Positions 1-9,923 of a DNA stretch of 58,163 bases are shown piece after piece (positions within the stretch are counted from its first letter, which is position 1; every line of letters starts with the position of its first letter). Below the pieces are notes generated by a model that saw nothing but the letters and a program-made list of their open reading frames with translations, ran no database searches and was not told the origin of the DNA. The stretch spans positions 1 through 58,163 of IMG/VR virus record IMGVR_UViG_3300032236_000551; one strand, 5' to 3'. The DNA is from a virus. Its lineage: Duplodnaviria > Caudoviricetes. The position numbers were made by a program, and so were the translations under genes.

Positions 1-1
1 C

Positions 2-121
2 TTGAGTTGATGCACCAAGGGTACTGATATCAATCGTACCAGTTTCATTACTCACATCTTCAAAGTGAATAATAGTTTCTTGGTTTGTATTTCTTACCGT
101 AGTAAAATTCATTGTTGACAT
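2..121 (-). CDS. 5' part of a head-module protein (possibly prohead core, gp68 position); runs off the window edge
   Basis: ATG at 121-119, 3 nt after the stop of the 125..667 ORF; open frame MSTMNFTTVRNTNQETIIHFEDVSNETGTIDISTLGASTQ to the edge. Function inferred only from synteny downstream of portal. Confidence 0.5.
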   Translation of the reverse strand, partial: MSTMNFTTVRNTNQETIIHFEDVSNETGTIDISTLGASTQ

Positions 122-124
122 CTT

Positions 125-667
125 TTATTCCCCGAGTTCTTTTATAATTCTAATGAAGTTGTCTTTGCTTTCACGCATGTATTCAACAATCTCATTTTTG
201 TTCTCTAATACATTATTTAGTAGTTCTTGCGTAGATTCATTTATTGCAACAATAGATCCATCGTTAAGAACATACTGCAACTTTCCAGCAAATTCAGCAG
301 TCTTAGATTCTTTGATAGCTGTAACAACTGGGTCAATAGTAAACACATTGGAAGAGGCAAGTTCGATGTATGATTCGATCAAAGTATCTGTAATCTTTTC
401 GATGTTATGATATTGTCTAATATACTGTGCCACTTTTTCTTCTGGGATTGTCGTATCGATAGTATCTAATAGTTCTACATTTTCAATATATCTTTTAGCG
501 TATTCCCTTGCCTCTTCCAATGTGCTAACATTGGATTCAATGGACAAACCATTGATGTAAATCTCGTAGTCTTCCGTTACAGCCACATCGTGACCATACA
601 CCAAGAACGACGCAGTTAAACCTGCATCGCTCATTAGTCCTTTTTGGAATGACGAGAAAGATTTCAT
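125..667 (-). CDS. hypothetical head-module protein (acidic, possibly prohead core-associated)
   Basis: 180-aa ORF overlapping the upstream gene by 4 nt, in the T4 gp20-gp67-gp68-gp21 interval; no motif recognised. Confidence 0.6.
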   Translation of the reverse strand: MKSFSSFQKGLMSDAGLTASFLVYGHDVAVTEDYEIYINGLSIESNVSTLEEAREYAKRYIENVELLDTIDTTIPEEKVAQYIRQYHNIEKITDTLIESYIELASSNVFTIDPVVTAIKESKTAEFAGKLQYVLNDGSIVAINESTQELLNNVLENKNEIVEYMRESKDNFIRIIKELGE

Positions 668-1116
668 TTATTTAATTTCTTTAAAGTTAAAGCCAAACGA
701 GCACGCTTACCAGCTTTACCTGAATCATGCTCATGTTCTTTTTCATATTCAGAATTTGAAACACCTTCACGCTTAGCAGCAGCAGTCATTGATCCTGGTT
801 TTTTAATTGCGCCAGCAATCCAGTTTTTCTCATCCAACTCTTCTGCTTCTTCTTTAATCTTGCCTTCTTTTTTCTCTGCTTTTAATTCAGCAGCAAGCAA
901 CCATGCTGGTTTCTTTTTAGTTTCTGTTCCTTCTTCAACAACAGCTTCTTCATCTTCAGAAACTTCTTCTTGAGAAACAAACATACTTTGAGCCATGTCA
1001 GTACGCATTGCGTCTAACTTCTCAGAAACTTTGGAAGCCATAATTGAATTAAATGCATTATCAATTGCAGTTGCTTCGCCAGCTTCAATAGCGTCGATTA
1101 AATCACGAGTACTCAT
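664..1116 (-). CDS. gp67: prohead core protein, gp67-like, with basic C-terminal extension
   Basis: Directly after portal (4-nt overlap); N-terminal LIDAI...AFNSIMASKVSEKLD...AQSMF followed by a Glu-rich stretch, as in T4-like gp67. Confidence 0.65.
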   Translation of the reverse strand: MSTRDLIDAIEAGEATAIDNAFNSIMASKVSEKLDAMRTDMAQSMFVSQEEVSEDEEAVVEEGTETKKKPAWLLAAELKAEKKEGKIKEEAEELDEKNWIAGAIKKPGSMTAAAKREGVSNSEYEKEHEHDSGKAGKRARLALTLKKLNK

Positions 1117-2687
1117 TTACCTTCTCCTTGTTCTTCGCCAGTATCTAAATAACCAGCTTTATTTAATTCATCATTAGTGGCAACCTGTTGCACACCTTGC
1201 ATTTGTCCTTGTAACTGCGCATTAGTCAATTGGTATTCGCCTTCTTTCTTAATTTGGGCTTCTTCAGCTGCAATCTGATCTTCAGACATACGAAGAACAT
1301 TTTTCTTAACCCAATTAACAGAATAAAACTTACCGATATATGGTTCCATCTGAATCAATGCTTGGATACGATTATTTAAAATTTCAGTATCCTTCAACTC
1401 AGCAAACGCATTATCTTTCATAAAGTCATAGCGGATATCCTGTTTGATAGAATCCCACTCGTCTTCACGAATAATACCTTTGGCAATCAATTGAATTTTC
1501 AAAGCATCATTGAACAAATTGGTAAATCTCTTACGCAATCTGGCGATATACTTTTGAAACTTCAACTCATCACGACTAATCTCAGAAGAACGACCTAGTG
1601 TAAATCCACTGTCAGACTTCAATCGACTTGTTGGCACATTCAATGCCTGATATAATTTTTCTTGGAAATATTGGATATCTTGGATCTCGCCAAGATTTTG
1701 ACCACCTGGAAGTGTAGTAATTTCTGTTCCCTTACCACCTTCACGACGAGGCATCCAAAAATCTTCAAGCATCGAAAGGAATTTACGATCATCACGGACT
1801 TCGCCAGTGTTGGCATCGTAAACAACTTTATTGCGATAACGATTCATTAAATCATTAACATATTGCTCTGCTTTAACTTTTGGCAGATTACCCACATCAA
1901 CATAAAATATTCTGCGCTCTGGTGCACGAGAGATACGATAGATAACAACAGCATCTTCGATCATCTTTAATTGGTTGACTGGTTTAATCGCTTTATGCAA
2001 ATGCGACAACATCATACCAGTATTATTATCAACCATACCAGAACCACAGTATAACACAGAGTCTAGCGTTAAACGAATACCCTGAGTTGTTTGTTCTGAA
2101 ATCCCTTTGTCATTGTAGATATAGTATTCATCAATACCAACTACAACTTCAACACCTTTTTTATCTTTATCTTTTCTGATGTTTTTGATTTTACGAATCT
2201 TACGAGGGTCGATCGGTCTTAACTCGACGATACCATTTCTTGGATTCTTTTCATCAATCAGAATATGGAAGTATAGTCTTCCGTCAATATACCATGTGCG
2301 GAAAAGGTCGTGACCTTTATCCGAAAACTTTAACAGCTTTAAAACATTTTCATATTCTTCTCGTATCTTCTTTTTGATACTGTCAGAAACTTTAATGTCG
2401 TCAGCAATAATTTTAACTGCTTCGTGGTCTTCTTCAACCACCAGTGATTCATTTACAATATCTTCAATCGCACTATCGCAATCTGGATATTGAGAAACTT
2501 CACGATACCTACGGATCAAATCATTTTCGTTCTTAACAACACCTTCCATGTCAACAACTAGAGAGTAATACGCTCCAGCGTTGACGGAAGTTGTTACTGT
2601 TGAACCATCATCAGGTTGAGGAGCTACCACTGAAGGTAACTCCTTCTCCTGTTTGCGTTTTATTTCAAAACCGAATAATTCAGCCAT
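1113..2687 (-). CDS. gp20: portal vertex protein
   Basis: 524 aa; hallmark motifs WYIDGRLYFH, IYRISRAPERRIFYVDVGNLPK, MLEDFWMPRREGGKGTEITTLPGGQNLG. Confidence 0.98.
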   Translation of the reverse strand: MAELFGFEIKRKQEKELPSVVAPQPDDGSTVTTSVNAGAYYSLVVDMEGVVKNENDLIRRYREVSQYPDCDSAIEDIVNESLVVEEDHEAVKIIADDIKVSDSIKKKIREEYENVLKLLKFSDKGHDLFRTWYIDGRLYFHILIDEKNPRNGIVELRPIDPRKIRKIKNIRKDKDKKGVEVVVGIDEYYIYNDKGISEQTTQGIRLTLDSVLYCGSGMVDNNTGMMLSHLHKAIKPVNQLKMIEDAVVIYRISRAPERRIFYVDVGNLPKVKAEQYVNDLMNRYRNKVVYDANTGEVRDDRKFLSMLEDFWMPRREGGKGTEITTLPGGQNLGEIQDIQYFQEKLYQALNVPTSRLKSDSGFTLGRSSEISRDELKFQKYIARLRKRFTNLFNDALKIQLIAKGIIREDEWDSIKQDIRYDFMKDNAFAELKDTEILNNRIQALIQMEPYIGKFYSVNWVKKNVLRMSEDQIAAEEAQIKKEGEYQLTNAQLQGQMQGVQQVATNDELNKAGYLDTGEEQGEGK

Positions 2688-2710
2688 TATATAACCTCAA
2701 GTTAAAACCT

Positions 2711-2726
2711 AAGTCCCGAAGGAATT
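2711..2726 (-). terminator. weak C(UUCG)G hairpin after gp19 (attenuator or stabilising hairpin)
   Basis: Minus strand AATTCC-TTCG-GGACTT then AGGTTTT, overlapping the gp19 stop; short stem with one mismatch. Confidence 0.35.
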
Positions 2727-3321
2727 AAGTTGGAATTGGGAACGAACCAATTGGAGTATTGATAGTGGTATTAATACCAAAACCAGAACCACCAGATGAA
2801 GTATCAGAAACCCAGTAATTGTATTGGAATGTCACATCGAATGTTTCGACTTGATTTGTTGTTTCATAATCCAAACCGATTGCACTAACCGAAATTGGAT
2901 ACGCATCGATAAATTGATACGATTTAACTGTTGCGCCATTACGATCTAATTGATTAACAGCCATCTGAACTTGGTAGTCAGTTGGGTTTACACGACCCAA
3001 AGTAGTACCATTGTTCTGAATGCCGTTTGACCAAGTTTCAAAAGCATTTCTGATATTGAAGTTGGTATCATTATAGATTGTAACTGACCACTGTTCGAAA
3101 GTTCTTTCGCCAGCGATGTTTACCTGACGACCACGATATTGCAATGCAATGTTTTCGAGAGTAGATGCAGGTAGTGATGTTGCTTTGCAAAGGAATTGAC
3201 CTTGCAAACCAGCAATGCCAGCTAAAGTTACATATGATGGGAAAGCCAAATCAACACGGAATTGATTAGGACGAGCACCACCACCGATCAGTTGGGCTTT
3301 AAAATCAGCAATATTTGCCAT
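2725..3321 (-). CDS. gp19: tail tube protein
   Basis: GGARPNQFRV, FLCKATSLP, YRGRQVNIAGERTFEQWSVTIYND, ETFDVTFQYNYW; follows the sheath gene. Confidence 0.97.
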   Translation of the reverse strand: MANIADFKAQLIGGGARPNQFRVDLAFPSYVTLAGIAGLQGQFLCKATSLPASTLENIALQYRGRQVNIAGERTFEQWSVTIYNDTNFNIRNAFETWSNGIQNNGTTLGRVNPTDYQVQMAVNQLDRNGATVKSYQFIDAYPISVSAIGLDYETTNQVETFDVTFQYNYWVSDTSSGGSGFGINTTINTPIGSFPIPT

Positions 3322-3340
3322 TTGTTATCTCCTTTATCTC

Positions 3341-3347
3341 TATTTAG
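3341..3347 (-). promoter_or_regulatory. T4-like late promoter (CTAAATA) for gp19
   Basis: CTAAATA on minus strand in the intergenic gap, upstream of AGGAG RBS and ATG 3321. Confidence 0.65.
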
Positions 3348-3350
3348 GCA

Positions 3351-5534
3351 TTAACCACCGATCTCTGTAAAGTTCGCAGAAGAGCGAGCAGCAACAAAGT
3401 TCAGAGTAATGAAGTTGATAGAGCGATTTGGCTTAATGAAGATATCAGCAACGAACTGGTTAGCGTCGATAACAGCACCAGTATTATTGGTGTCATCGCA
3501 CTTAACACGGAAGTCTACGATACCACGACGACCTTGAACATCACGGAGGAATGGCTCGACTAAGTTCTTGAACTGAGCACGAGTAAATCCATCATTGAAT
3601 TCAAACAACTGGAATTTAGCAGCAGTTGCAATTGCCTTCTCAAGAACGATAAACAAGCGACGGACATTGATACGATCAAATGCGCTTGGTTTAGCTTGAA
3701 GAGTCTTGTCACCGTAAAGAACAATTCCTTGTCCTGGGAAAGAAACAACTGGGTTAACACCAGCTTTGTAGAGAGCATCTCTAGCAGTTTGATCTGGGTT
3801 GAACGCCAACTTAACGATGTTCTTGATAGTACCACGATTGTATCCACCTGGAGAATACCATGCATCATTAGTTTGATCTGTACGAGCGCACAAACCAGCG
3901 ATGTCAGCATTCAATGGAACATAACGATATCTATCGTTGTAACGATCGTACTGATATTTGTAACCAGAATCCATAACAGCGTAGCTGTGGATAGTATTCA
4001 TCATATTGCGGAAAGCAATAACTTTATCAGTTGAAGAAGAAGTGTTACCAATAATTGGATCACCAGAATCAACATCTTGTGGAGAAACGAAAGCAACGCA
4101 GTCAGCACGAGTTTGAGCGATGTCAGCGATCATTGCAGCAGTTTCAGCATCAGCTTTACCAGCGATCAATAAGCTGATATCATACAATTCAGCATTTGAG
4201 AACAAGTCGTAAGCAGATTGTTGTTGGCCAGTAGTGATTGTATAATCATCAACACCACCAGACAACTGCCAGTATGCTGGAGCAGATGCGCTAGTAAATG
4301 CAGTTGATTCAGCAGAAGTTCCCCAATCAGCATTCATACCTTGTGGTAAATCTGTCCACCATACATAGGCAGAAGAAGTATTGATTACATTCTTGTAGTA
4401 GTTGTTTGTGCCGTCTGATTTACGAGCATCAGATGCTTTAGAAGCAAAAGCAAATTTCTCAAGAACAGTTCCTGGAACACCAGTCCATTTACCAATTGAG
4501 TCAACAACAACGATATGCAATTCATCGTTTGATCCGCCAATACCAGCTGCATAAGCAGAAGTTCCTGGAGCTGAATCAAAGTTTGACATGTAATCCCAGT
4601 CAGCAAAAGTATCAGCATCAGCATAAGAAACTAACAATGAGTTACCTAATGAGCCTGGATATTTTGCAGCGAACTCGCCAATTACACCACCACCATTAAC
4701 GAATGATGCTAGGTAGTCTTCAGAGTTTTTAATTTTTACACCAGCAGTTGTAATTGCTCTGTTTAAAGTAGCAGTAACTCCTGAAGGAGGAGCAGCAACA
4801 GTAACAGTTGGAGCTTCTGCATAACCAGTACCAGCATTATCGATAACAACGCTAGCAATAGTTGAAGCAGCAATAGTTACAGTACCAGCAGAAGCTGGAG
4901 CAGTATGTGTACCAGTAATAGTAACAGTTGGAGTTGCTTTGTAACCAGTTCCTGGCTCATCGATAACGATACCAGTAATTACACCGCCAACAACAGTAGC
5001 ATGAGCAGTAGCAGTAGTATTACCATCACCACCTGGAGCAGAAATAGTAATTGATACTGAATCGTAACCTGTACCGCCAGAAGCAACTGCAATCGCAGTA
5101 ATTGAACCACCAGATAAAGTTACATGCGCAGTAGCCTGAACACCACCATCTTCATCAGGAGCACTGATGGTAACATGAGGTGCAGCAGCAGTAGAGGTAT
5201 AACCACTACCTGCGTTATTAATTGTTAGGCTAGAAAGACCGCCTGTTTTTGTTGCGACAGCATTTTTACCATTTGTTGAATCAGTACGAACTAACAAAAG
5301 ATTGTTAGCGTATGACAGGAAGTTAGCTGCTGAAAAGAAAGATTGGAAGTTGGAATCGTTTGGTTTTCCGAATTGTTGAACCAAAACATTTTCCGAAGAA
5401 ACTGTGATAGGTTGCATAACTGGACCCCAAGCAAAAGATCCCGCAAATGCACCAACAGAAGAACTAACTGCTGGAACGATTGACGAAAAGTCTTTTTCTA
5501 CGACTGCAACACCTGGACTAAGTTGAAAAGGCAT
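3351..5534 (-). CDS. gp18: contractile tail sheath protein with inserted beta-sandwich repeats
   Basis: MPFQLSPGVAVVEKD, FAWGP, YKYQYDRYND, WYSPGGYNRG, AFDRINVRRLF, FIKPNRSINFITLNFVA. Confidence 0.98.
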   Translation of the reverse strand: MPFQLSPGVAVVEKDFSSIVPAVSSSVGAFAGSFAWGPVMQPITVSSENVLVQQFGKPNDSNFQSFFSAANFLSYANNLLLVRTDSTNGKNAVATKTGGLSSLTINNAGSGYTSTAAAPHVTISAPDEDGGVQATAHVTLSGGSITAIAVASGGTGYDSVSITISAPGGDGNTTATAHATVVGGVITGIVIDEPGTGYKATPTVTITGTHTAPASAGTVTIAASTIASVVIDNAGTGYAEAPTVTVAAPPSGVTATLNRAITTAGVKIKNSEDYLASFVNGGGVIGEFAAKYPGSLGNSLLVSYADADTFADWDYMSNFDSAPGTSAYAAGIGGSNDELHIVVVDSIGKWTGVPGTVLEKFAFASKASDARKSDGTNNYYKNVINTSSAYVWWTDLPQGMNADWGTSAESTAFTSASAPAYWQLSGGVDDYTITTGQQQSAYDLFSNAELYDISLLIAGKADAETAAMIADIAQTRADCVAFVSPQDVDSGDPIIGNTSSSTDKVIAFRNMMNTIHSYAVMDSGYKYQYDRYNDRYRYVPLNADIAGLCARTDQTNDAWYSPGGYNRGTIKNIVKLAFNPDQTARDALYKAGVNPVVSFPGQGIVLYGDKTLQAKPSAFDRINVRRLFIVLEKAIATAAKFQLFEFNDGFTRAQFKNLVEPFLRDVQGRRGIVDFRVKCDDTNNTGAVIDANQFVADIFIKPNRSINFITLNFVAARSSANFTEIGG

Positions 5535-5595
5535 TGTAATTCTCCTTGTTACATTTACATGTTATTTGTTTGTGCCATCTAAGCATTCACTATAT

Positions 5596-5602
5596 TATTT
5601 AG
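5596..5602 (-). promoter_or_regulatory. T4-like late promoter (CTAAATA) for gp18
   Basis: CTAAATA in the gp17-gp18 gap upstream of AGGAG RBS. Confidence 0.65.
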
Positions 5603-5615
5603 TTTTTTCCACTTT

Positions 5616-7253
5616 TTAGAAATTATGAAGCACTGGCTCTTCCGAACCTTGCCCATCAGTGATAAACCCAAATGGCGTTAATTCATCCTCAATCGCTTTA
5701 ATACGAGTTCTGTAAATCAGATCCCTGAGATTGATATCATTTAAATCTTTAAAATACGGCTGAGTAGTCAGCCACCCAAATAGAACCAAAGTCATTACTA
5801 AGTCGTCATTGTACCCATCATCAGCAGCATACGAACCTCTGTATTCTATGAAAGTTGTAATTTCTGAAATAATGTCTGCGTCTGGGATCAATAATTTTTG
5901 TTCCTCGACAAGAGCCTTCAGATTCATACAACCAATTCTTTTCACCTTTCTGTCGGTAACCACACCCAACTGGGCACGACCACCTCCGAAACCACCAGAA
6001 ACTGTTTGTCCCTGAGAATTCCTATTAACAAAAAGAAGATTATCATATTCCAACTCGTGGTGTAGAATATTAGCAACCTGCTCACTTATATTTATCTCTA
6101 CTAAAATGTAGGCATTATTATATTCTTTAGCCAGCTTATAGATGAAGTTTGGATATAGTAAGGCAGATACATCGTTTTTTCTAAATTTCGCCACAATTTT
6201 ATATGGCGCAGTTGTAATATCGATCACAGTAAAAGCAGAATAATCCTGCTCAAGACCACTAGCCACATCGGCTACGAGAACATAGGAATGTGGTGGTTTA
6301 ACAATTTTCTTACCAGTTTCTGGATCGGTTTTATTTGTATCTTCTTCGTAGACTGGTTCTTCGTAAACATCCAATCCATCTTTAGAATATAACGGATAAG
6401 AAGGTGACATCATTCCGATGACATCAGCATTAATAAGAGTAAGGGCAGAACCAAGGAATTTACAAAGAACCTCTTGATTAAATTTAAGGTCACCAAGGAT
6501 TCCCCTTTGTTCTTCAGCCCACTCTTTTGTTCTACCTGGAATTTCCCAATATGGAATAAAACAGTTTACGAAACCATTGCGACCATTTTCGGCATCGTTC
6601 CAGAATTTCCAGAAATGATTATACCCAAGAGGGGTACTGGATAACAGGATCTTTGTCGTTTCGCCAGCTGAGATTGTAGGATAAACAGAAGTAAAAAACT
6701 GGTCAGCAACAGTATTGGGAATGATTGCAGCCTCATCGACATATAAAAGATTAACAGATTTACCACGAATACCAGAAGTAGAAGTAGCAGCAGTGAATAC
6801 TTTGGATCCATTTTCTAACTCAACATCCCCTTTGTTCCATGACTTAACACCCTGTTGAAGCCATATTGGTAAACCTTCATACATTGTTTGATAACGAGCA
6901 AGAACCTCTCGAGCAGCAGTCGCTTTGTTAGCTAGAATCGCTACTGTTTTGGCTTCTTGGAATAATGTATACCAAAGAATATATGCAGCGGAGGAAGTTG
7001 TTTTACCTTGCTGACGACCTTCCATAAGAATAACTTTACGATTCTCATGGATAATTTTTAATTTCTTTTTCTGACAATCGTATAATTTAAATAACTGAAG
7101 ACCATGATCGAGAGTAACGATTTGGCAATAAGTTTCAATAAAGTAAATATAGTCAGTCCTACACTTAACAATCTCCTGTATCTGTTCTTGAGTAAACTGA
7201 ACAGGAACACCGATCGCTTTTAAGTTTGGATTTGCATTATATATTTGTGCCAT
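5616..7253 (-). CDS. gp17: terminase large subunit
   Basis: YNANPNLK start, Walker A-like GRQQGKT, Walker B LLYVDEAA, SSTPLG, nuclease ADVASG...DYS and DDLVM motifs; uninterrupted. Confidence 0.98.
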   Translation of the reverse strand: MAQIYNANPNLKAIGVPVQFTQEQIQEIVKCRTDYIYFIETYCQIVTLDHGLQLFKLYDCQKKKLKIIHENRKVILMEGRQQGKTTSSAAYILWYTLFQEAKTVAILANKATAAREVLARYQTMYEGLPIWLQQGVKSWNKGDVELENGSKVFTAATSTSGIRGKSVNLLYVDEAAIIPNTVADQFFTSVYPTISAGETTKILLSSTPLGYNHFWKFWNDAENGRNGFVNCFIPYWEIPGRTKEWAEEQRGILGDLKFNQEVLCKFLGSALTLINADVIGMMSPSYPLYSKDGLDVYEEPVYEEDTNKTDPETGKKIVKPPHSYVLVADVASGLEQDYSAFTVIDITTAPYKIVAKFRKNDVSALLYPNFIYKLAKEYNNAYILVEINISEQVANILHHELEYDNLLFVNRNSQGQTVSGGFGGGRAQLGVVTDRKVKRIGCMNLKALVEEQKLLIPDADIISEITTFIEYRGSYAADDGYNDDLVMTLVLFGWLTTQPYFKDLNDINLRDLIYRTRIKAIEDELTPFGFITDGQGSEEPVLHNF

Positions 7254-7256
7254 GTT

Positions 7257-7991
7257 TTACAGTGCGTCTTGCCAAGATTGTGTAATATCACCATTACTAA
7301 AGTCGCCAACTGCATTATACTTGGTACCAAAATCAGTACCAGTTGCATTGACATAAACTGTATTGATTGGACCACCAGCGGAAATTGGACCAAAGAAATT
7401 CATTTTAAGAGTAAAAGTAATTGTATAAATTACCATGCGTCTTTCTTGAAACTCACCATCAAAGTTATCTTCGATACTAACATTATTCATAATAATAGGA
7501 ATATCAAGATCAACACTCATTCTTGGAATGGCTTTGATAACTAAAGTAAACTCTGGTGTAAAGAATGGTAATATTTGCTCAACAATCTGCAAAGCATCTT
7601 CTTGAGTCTTAGTAAGAATATACAATGAAACATCAATATTGTATGGCACTGGTGAATATTGAGTTTTCATTGTTGGCGCAGAAGGGTTGCTATTATCATA
7701 ACAAGAAATCTGAGCCATACGATTTGTTTTGCGAGAAGCGTCATACGACATACCAGTAATCTCAAAAGACATTCTTGGCATTGTAGTATAGGTATGTTTT
7801 TCTAATGATGGATCTTGTTCAACACGAACTAGCCATTTTTCTTTTGGTGCATATGTTAGTGGAATAACAATTTCTTGCCCAATAGTTCCGTCAGTTTTTT
7901 CTCTTTGAATTTTAAGATTACTGAACATCGAACCGAAAGCAACAATAACTTTACGAGTTAATCCGTGATAAAATGGAGGTACATTAAGCAT
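7257..7991 (-). CDS. gp15: tail sheath stabiliser / tail completion protein
   Basis: FYHGLTRKVIVAFGSMF, PLTYAPKEK, PRMSFE, PVPYN, QIVEQILPFFTPEF. Confidence 0.95.
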   Translation of the reverse strand: MLNVPPFYHGLTRKVIVAFGSMFSNLKIQREKTDGTIGQEIVIPLTYAPKEKWLVRVEQDPSLEKHTYTTMPRMSFEITGMSYDASRKTNRMAQISCYDNSNPSAPTMKTQYSPVPYNIDVSLYILTKTQEDALQIVEQILPFFTPEFTLVIKAIPRMSVDLDIPIIMNNVSIEDNFDGEFQERRMVIYTITFTLKMNFFGPISAGGPINTVYVNATGTDFGTKYNAVGDFSNGDITQSWQDAL

Positions 7992-8905
7992 TATTGAATA
8001 TCCCCGAACGGATTATTAACATTGAATACCAAATCTGTTGCTTCTGATTTAAACTTAACATTATCACCATAAGAGTTTGGTAAATCTGGATCTGGTTCAA
8101 TTGTGCAATAACCAGTTGCTTGATCACCAACATCTGGCGCAGCAATTTGTAATGTTGGTGCGGTATCGTATCCAGTTCCAACATCAGTAATAGTCAATTT
8201 AGTAACTGCACCACCAGAAATTGTAGCGACAACTTTAGCTGGCTTCCATGCAGCAGTTCCATTACCACCACTCAATATAACTTCAGGAACTGAAGTATAT
8301 CCAGAACCACCATAAGTTAAGAATACATGGGTAACTGCACCAGTTGCATTTCTTGCGTAATCAGTATCGTAAGATTTAAGAGTTTCGAAAACATCGATAT
8401 CTTTGAATCCAGTATCGATATGCTCGGAAGCATATTGGAAAAGTTCAACTTGAAGTTTGTAAACATATAGTTTACCAAGTTGATAAAATGGATCTTGGTG
8501 TTGAACAAACTTAATTTCAAATAAACCTTTTGTTAAAGGAAAATATAATAAATCTCCCTCACAAGGTCTATTTGGAAGTTGAGCTGCTCCGAATCTACCA
8601 ACCAACTGATCCCATCTACGACGAGCAACAGTAAGGGTTGCAGACTGTTCCATCATCAAACCAAATTTATTAATGAATGCGCCTTGTCCCTCGAATCCAT
8701 CTACAGACTCGAGATACATTTCAATACCGAATGCCTGTTTAAATTCAGACAAACGATCTTCACCCAAGATATTATCTTTTGCTACGAGAATTCTTGGAAT
8801 GTAATAGAAGTCCTGTCCATAAATCTGTAAGGACTCTATAATAATATCTTCCAGTAGGTATTGCTCGTTGCCAGTACCTTGAGAAAAGTAAACATTTCTT
8901 GCCAC
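7991..8905 (-). CDS. gp14: neck protein with C-terminal beta-sandwich insertion
   Basis: EQYLLEDIIIESLQIYG, YYIPR, FEGQG..KFG, RPCEGDLLYFPL, PFYQLGK, terminal NPFG. Confidence 0.95.
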   Translation of the reverse strand: MARNVYFSQGTGNEQYLLEDIIIESLQIYGQDFYYIPRILVAKDNILGEDRLSEFKQAFGIEMYLESVDGFEGQGAFINKFGLMMEQSATLTVARRRWDQLVGRFGAAQLPNRPCEGDLLYFPLTKGLFEIKFVQHQDPFYQLGKLYVYKLQVELFQYASEHIDTGFKDIDVFETLKSYDTDYARNATGAVTHVFLTYGGSGYTSVPEVILSGGNGTAAWKPAKVVATISGGAVTKLTITDVGTGYDTAPTLQIAAPDVGDQATGYCTIEPDPDLPNSYGDNVKFKSEATDLVFNVNNPFGDIQ

Positions 8906-8908
8906 AAT

Positions 8909-9922
8909 TTATCCTAAGAAAAAGTCTAGTGGTGCTGCTTTGTTTTGGATTTCATCTTCCAACTCTTTTATTTCACCGATGGCTTCAGCATATAATTTAT
9001 CGCCATCTAATGTTACACCTCCAGGAAGTTGTAATCCGCTAAACTTTTTAAGGTTTGTTCCCCACTGCCTTTTAATCAGTGCGGTAGTATATCTTTTTAA
9101 CCATGGTTCATTCCAAACACGATTAAACTCATTTGGATCTAAAGCACGATATGCTTCAATAACAATATAGTTACCAACCTCAACTTTGTTTGCAGTTTTC
9201 CAATCCATATCGATATACAATCTATTTTCTAAACGATTGAAACGATAGATAGGTTTACCATTCAACACTAAATCTAGTGTCGCCAAATGTTGCATAACAG
9301 TTGAGTAGTAAATTAACGAAGTGCTTGACAAGTCATACAAATCATTTAATCTTAATTGATACTGTAAGTCAAAAATAGATTTTGAAGAAGATGTTCCTTG
9401 GTATAAATTTAATACACGAGAAACACCATATACAGCATCAGCAATCGGAATCCATCCGTTATCAATATCTCCAGCAGTAAAGTAATCGTCATCAGAAGAA
9501 ACTACTGCTGTTGGACCAGATGCACCACCAAACATTACAAGAGTTTCCCCTTTAATAAACTCTGGTGGACCAACTGGATTTACAGCCAATGAAGGTACTT
9601 TCATCAAACCAGCTAATTGTATAACGCTAGGGTTTGTAGAAGGATAACATCTAGCCATTACACCAGAAGTTTGCCCTTGAACTACCATACCATATGTAAA
9701 GTCAGTAGCATTTGTTCCTACAATTTTTAATTGAGAAGCTGTAACCTGATGTTTCAAATAGAATTTTTCAATACCATCGTAGTGATATAATCTAAAAATA
9801 TCTAAGGATTCATCAATACGATCTTCGACTTGATCATCATCCACATTTATCTCAAGTACTGGTGCACCAAGATTGCGTAGACAATAATTTTTAAAATCTG
9901 TTCTTGTTGTTGGGATCGCCAT
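8909..9922 (-). CDS. gp13: neck protein
   Basis: YCLRNLGAPVLEINVDDDQVEDRID, YQLRLNDLY, WLKRYTTALIKRQWGTNLKKF..LPGGVTLDG. Confidence 0.96.
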   Translation of the reverse strand: MAIPTTRTDFKNYCLRNLGAPVLEINVDDDQVEDRIDESLDIFRLYHYDGIEKFYLKHQVTASQLKIVGTNATDFTYGMVVQGQTSGVMARCYPSTNPSVIQLAGLMKVPSLAVNPVGPPEFIKGETLVMFGGASGPTAVVSSDDDYFTAGDIDNGWIPIADAVYGVSRVLNLYQGTSSSKSIFDLQYQLRLNDLYDLSSTSLIYYSTVMQHLATLDLVLNGKPIYRFNRLENRLYIDMDWKTANKVEVGNYIVIEAYRALDPNEFNRVWNEPWLKRYTTALIKRQWGTNLKKFSGLQLPGGVTLDGDKLYAEAIGEIKELEDEIQNKAAPLDFFLG

Positions 9923-9923
9923 G

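Noticed and set aside
5616-7253. Intein, intron or homing endonuclease in terminase or portal
   Set aside because: Both ORFs have normal length and continuous motifs; only a short charged loop (EEDTNKTDPETGKK) is extra in gp17.
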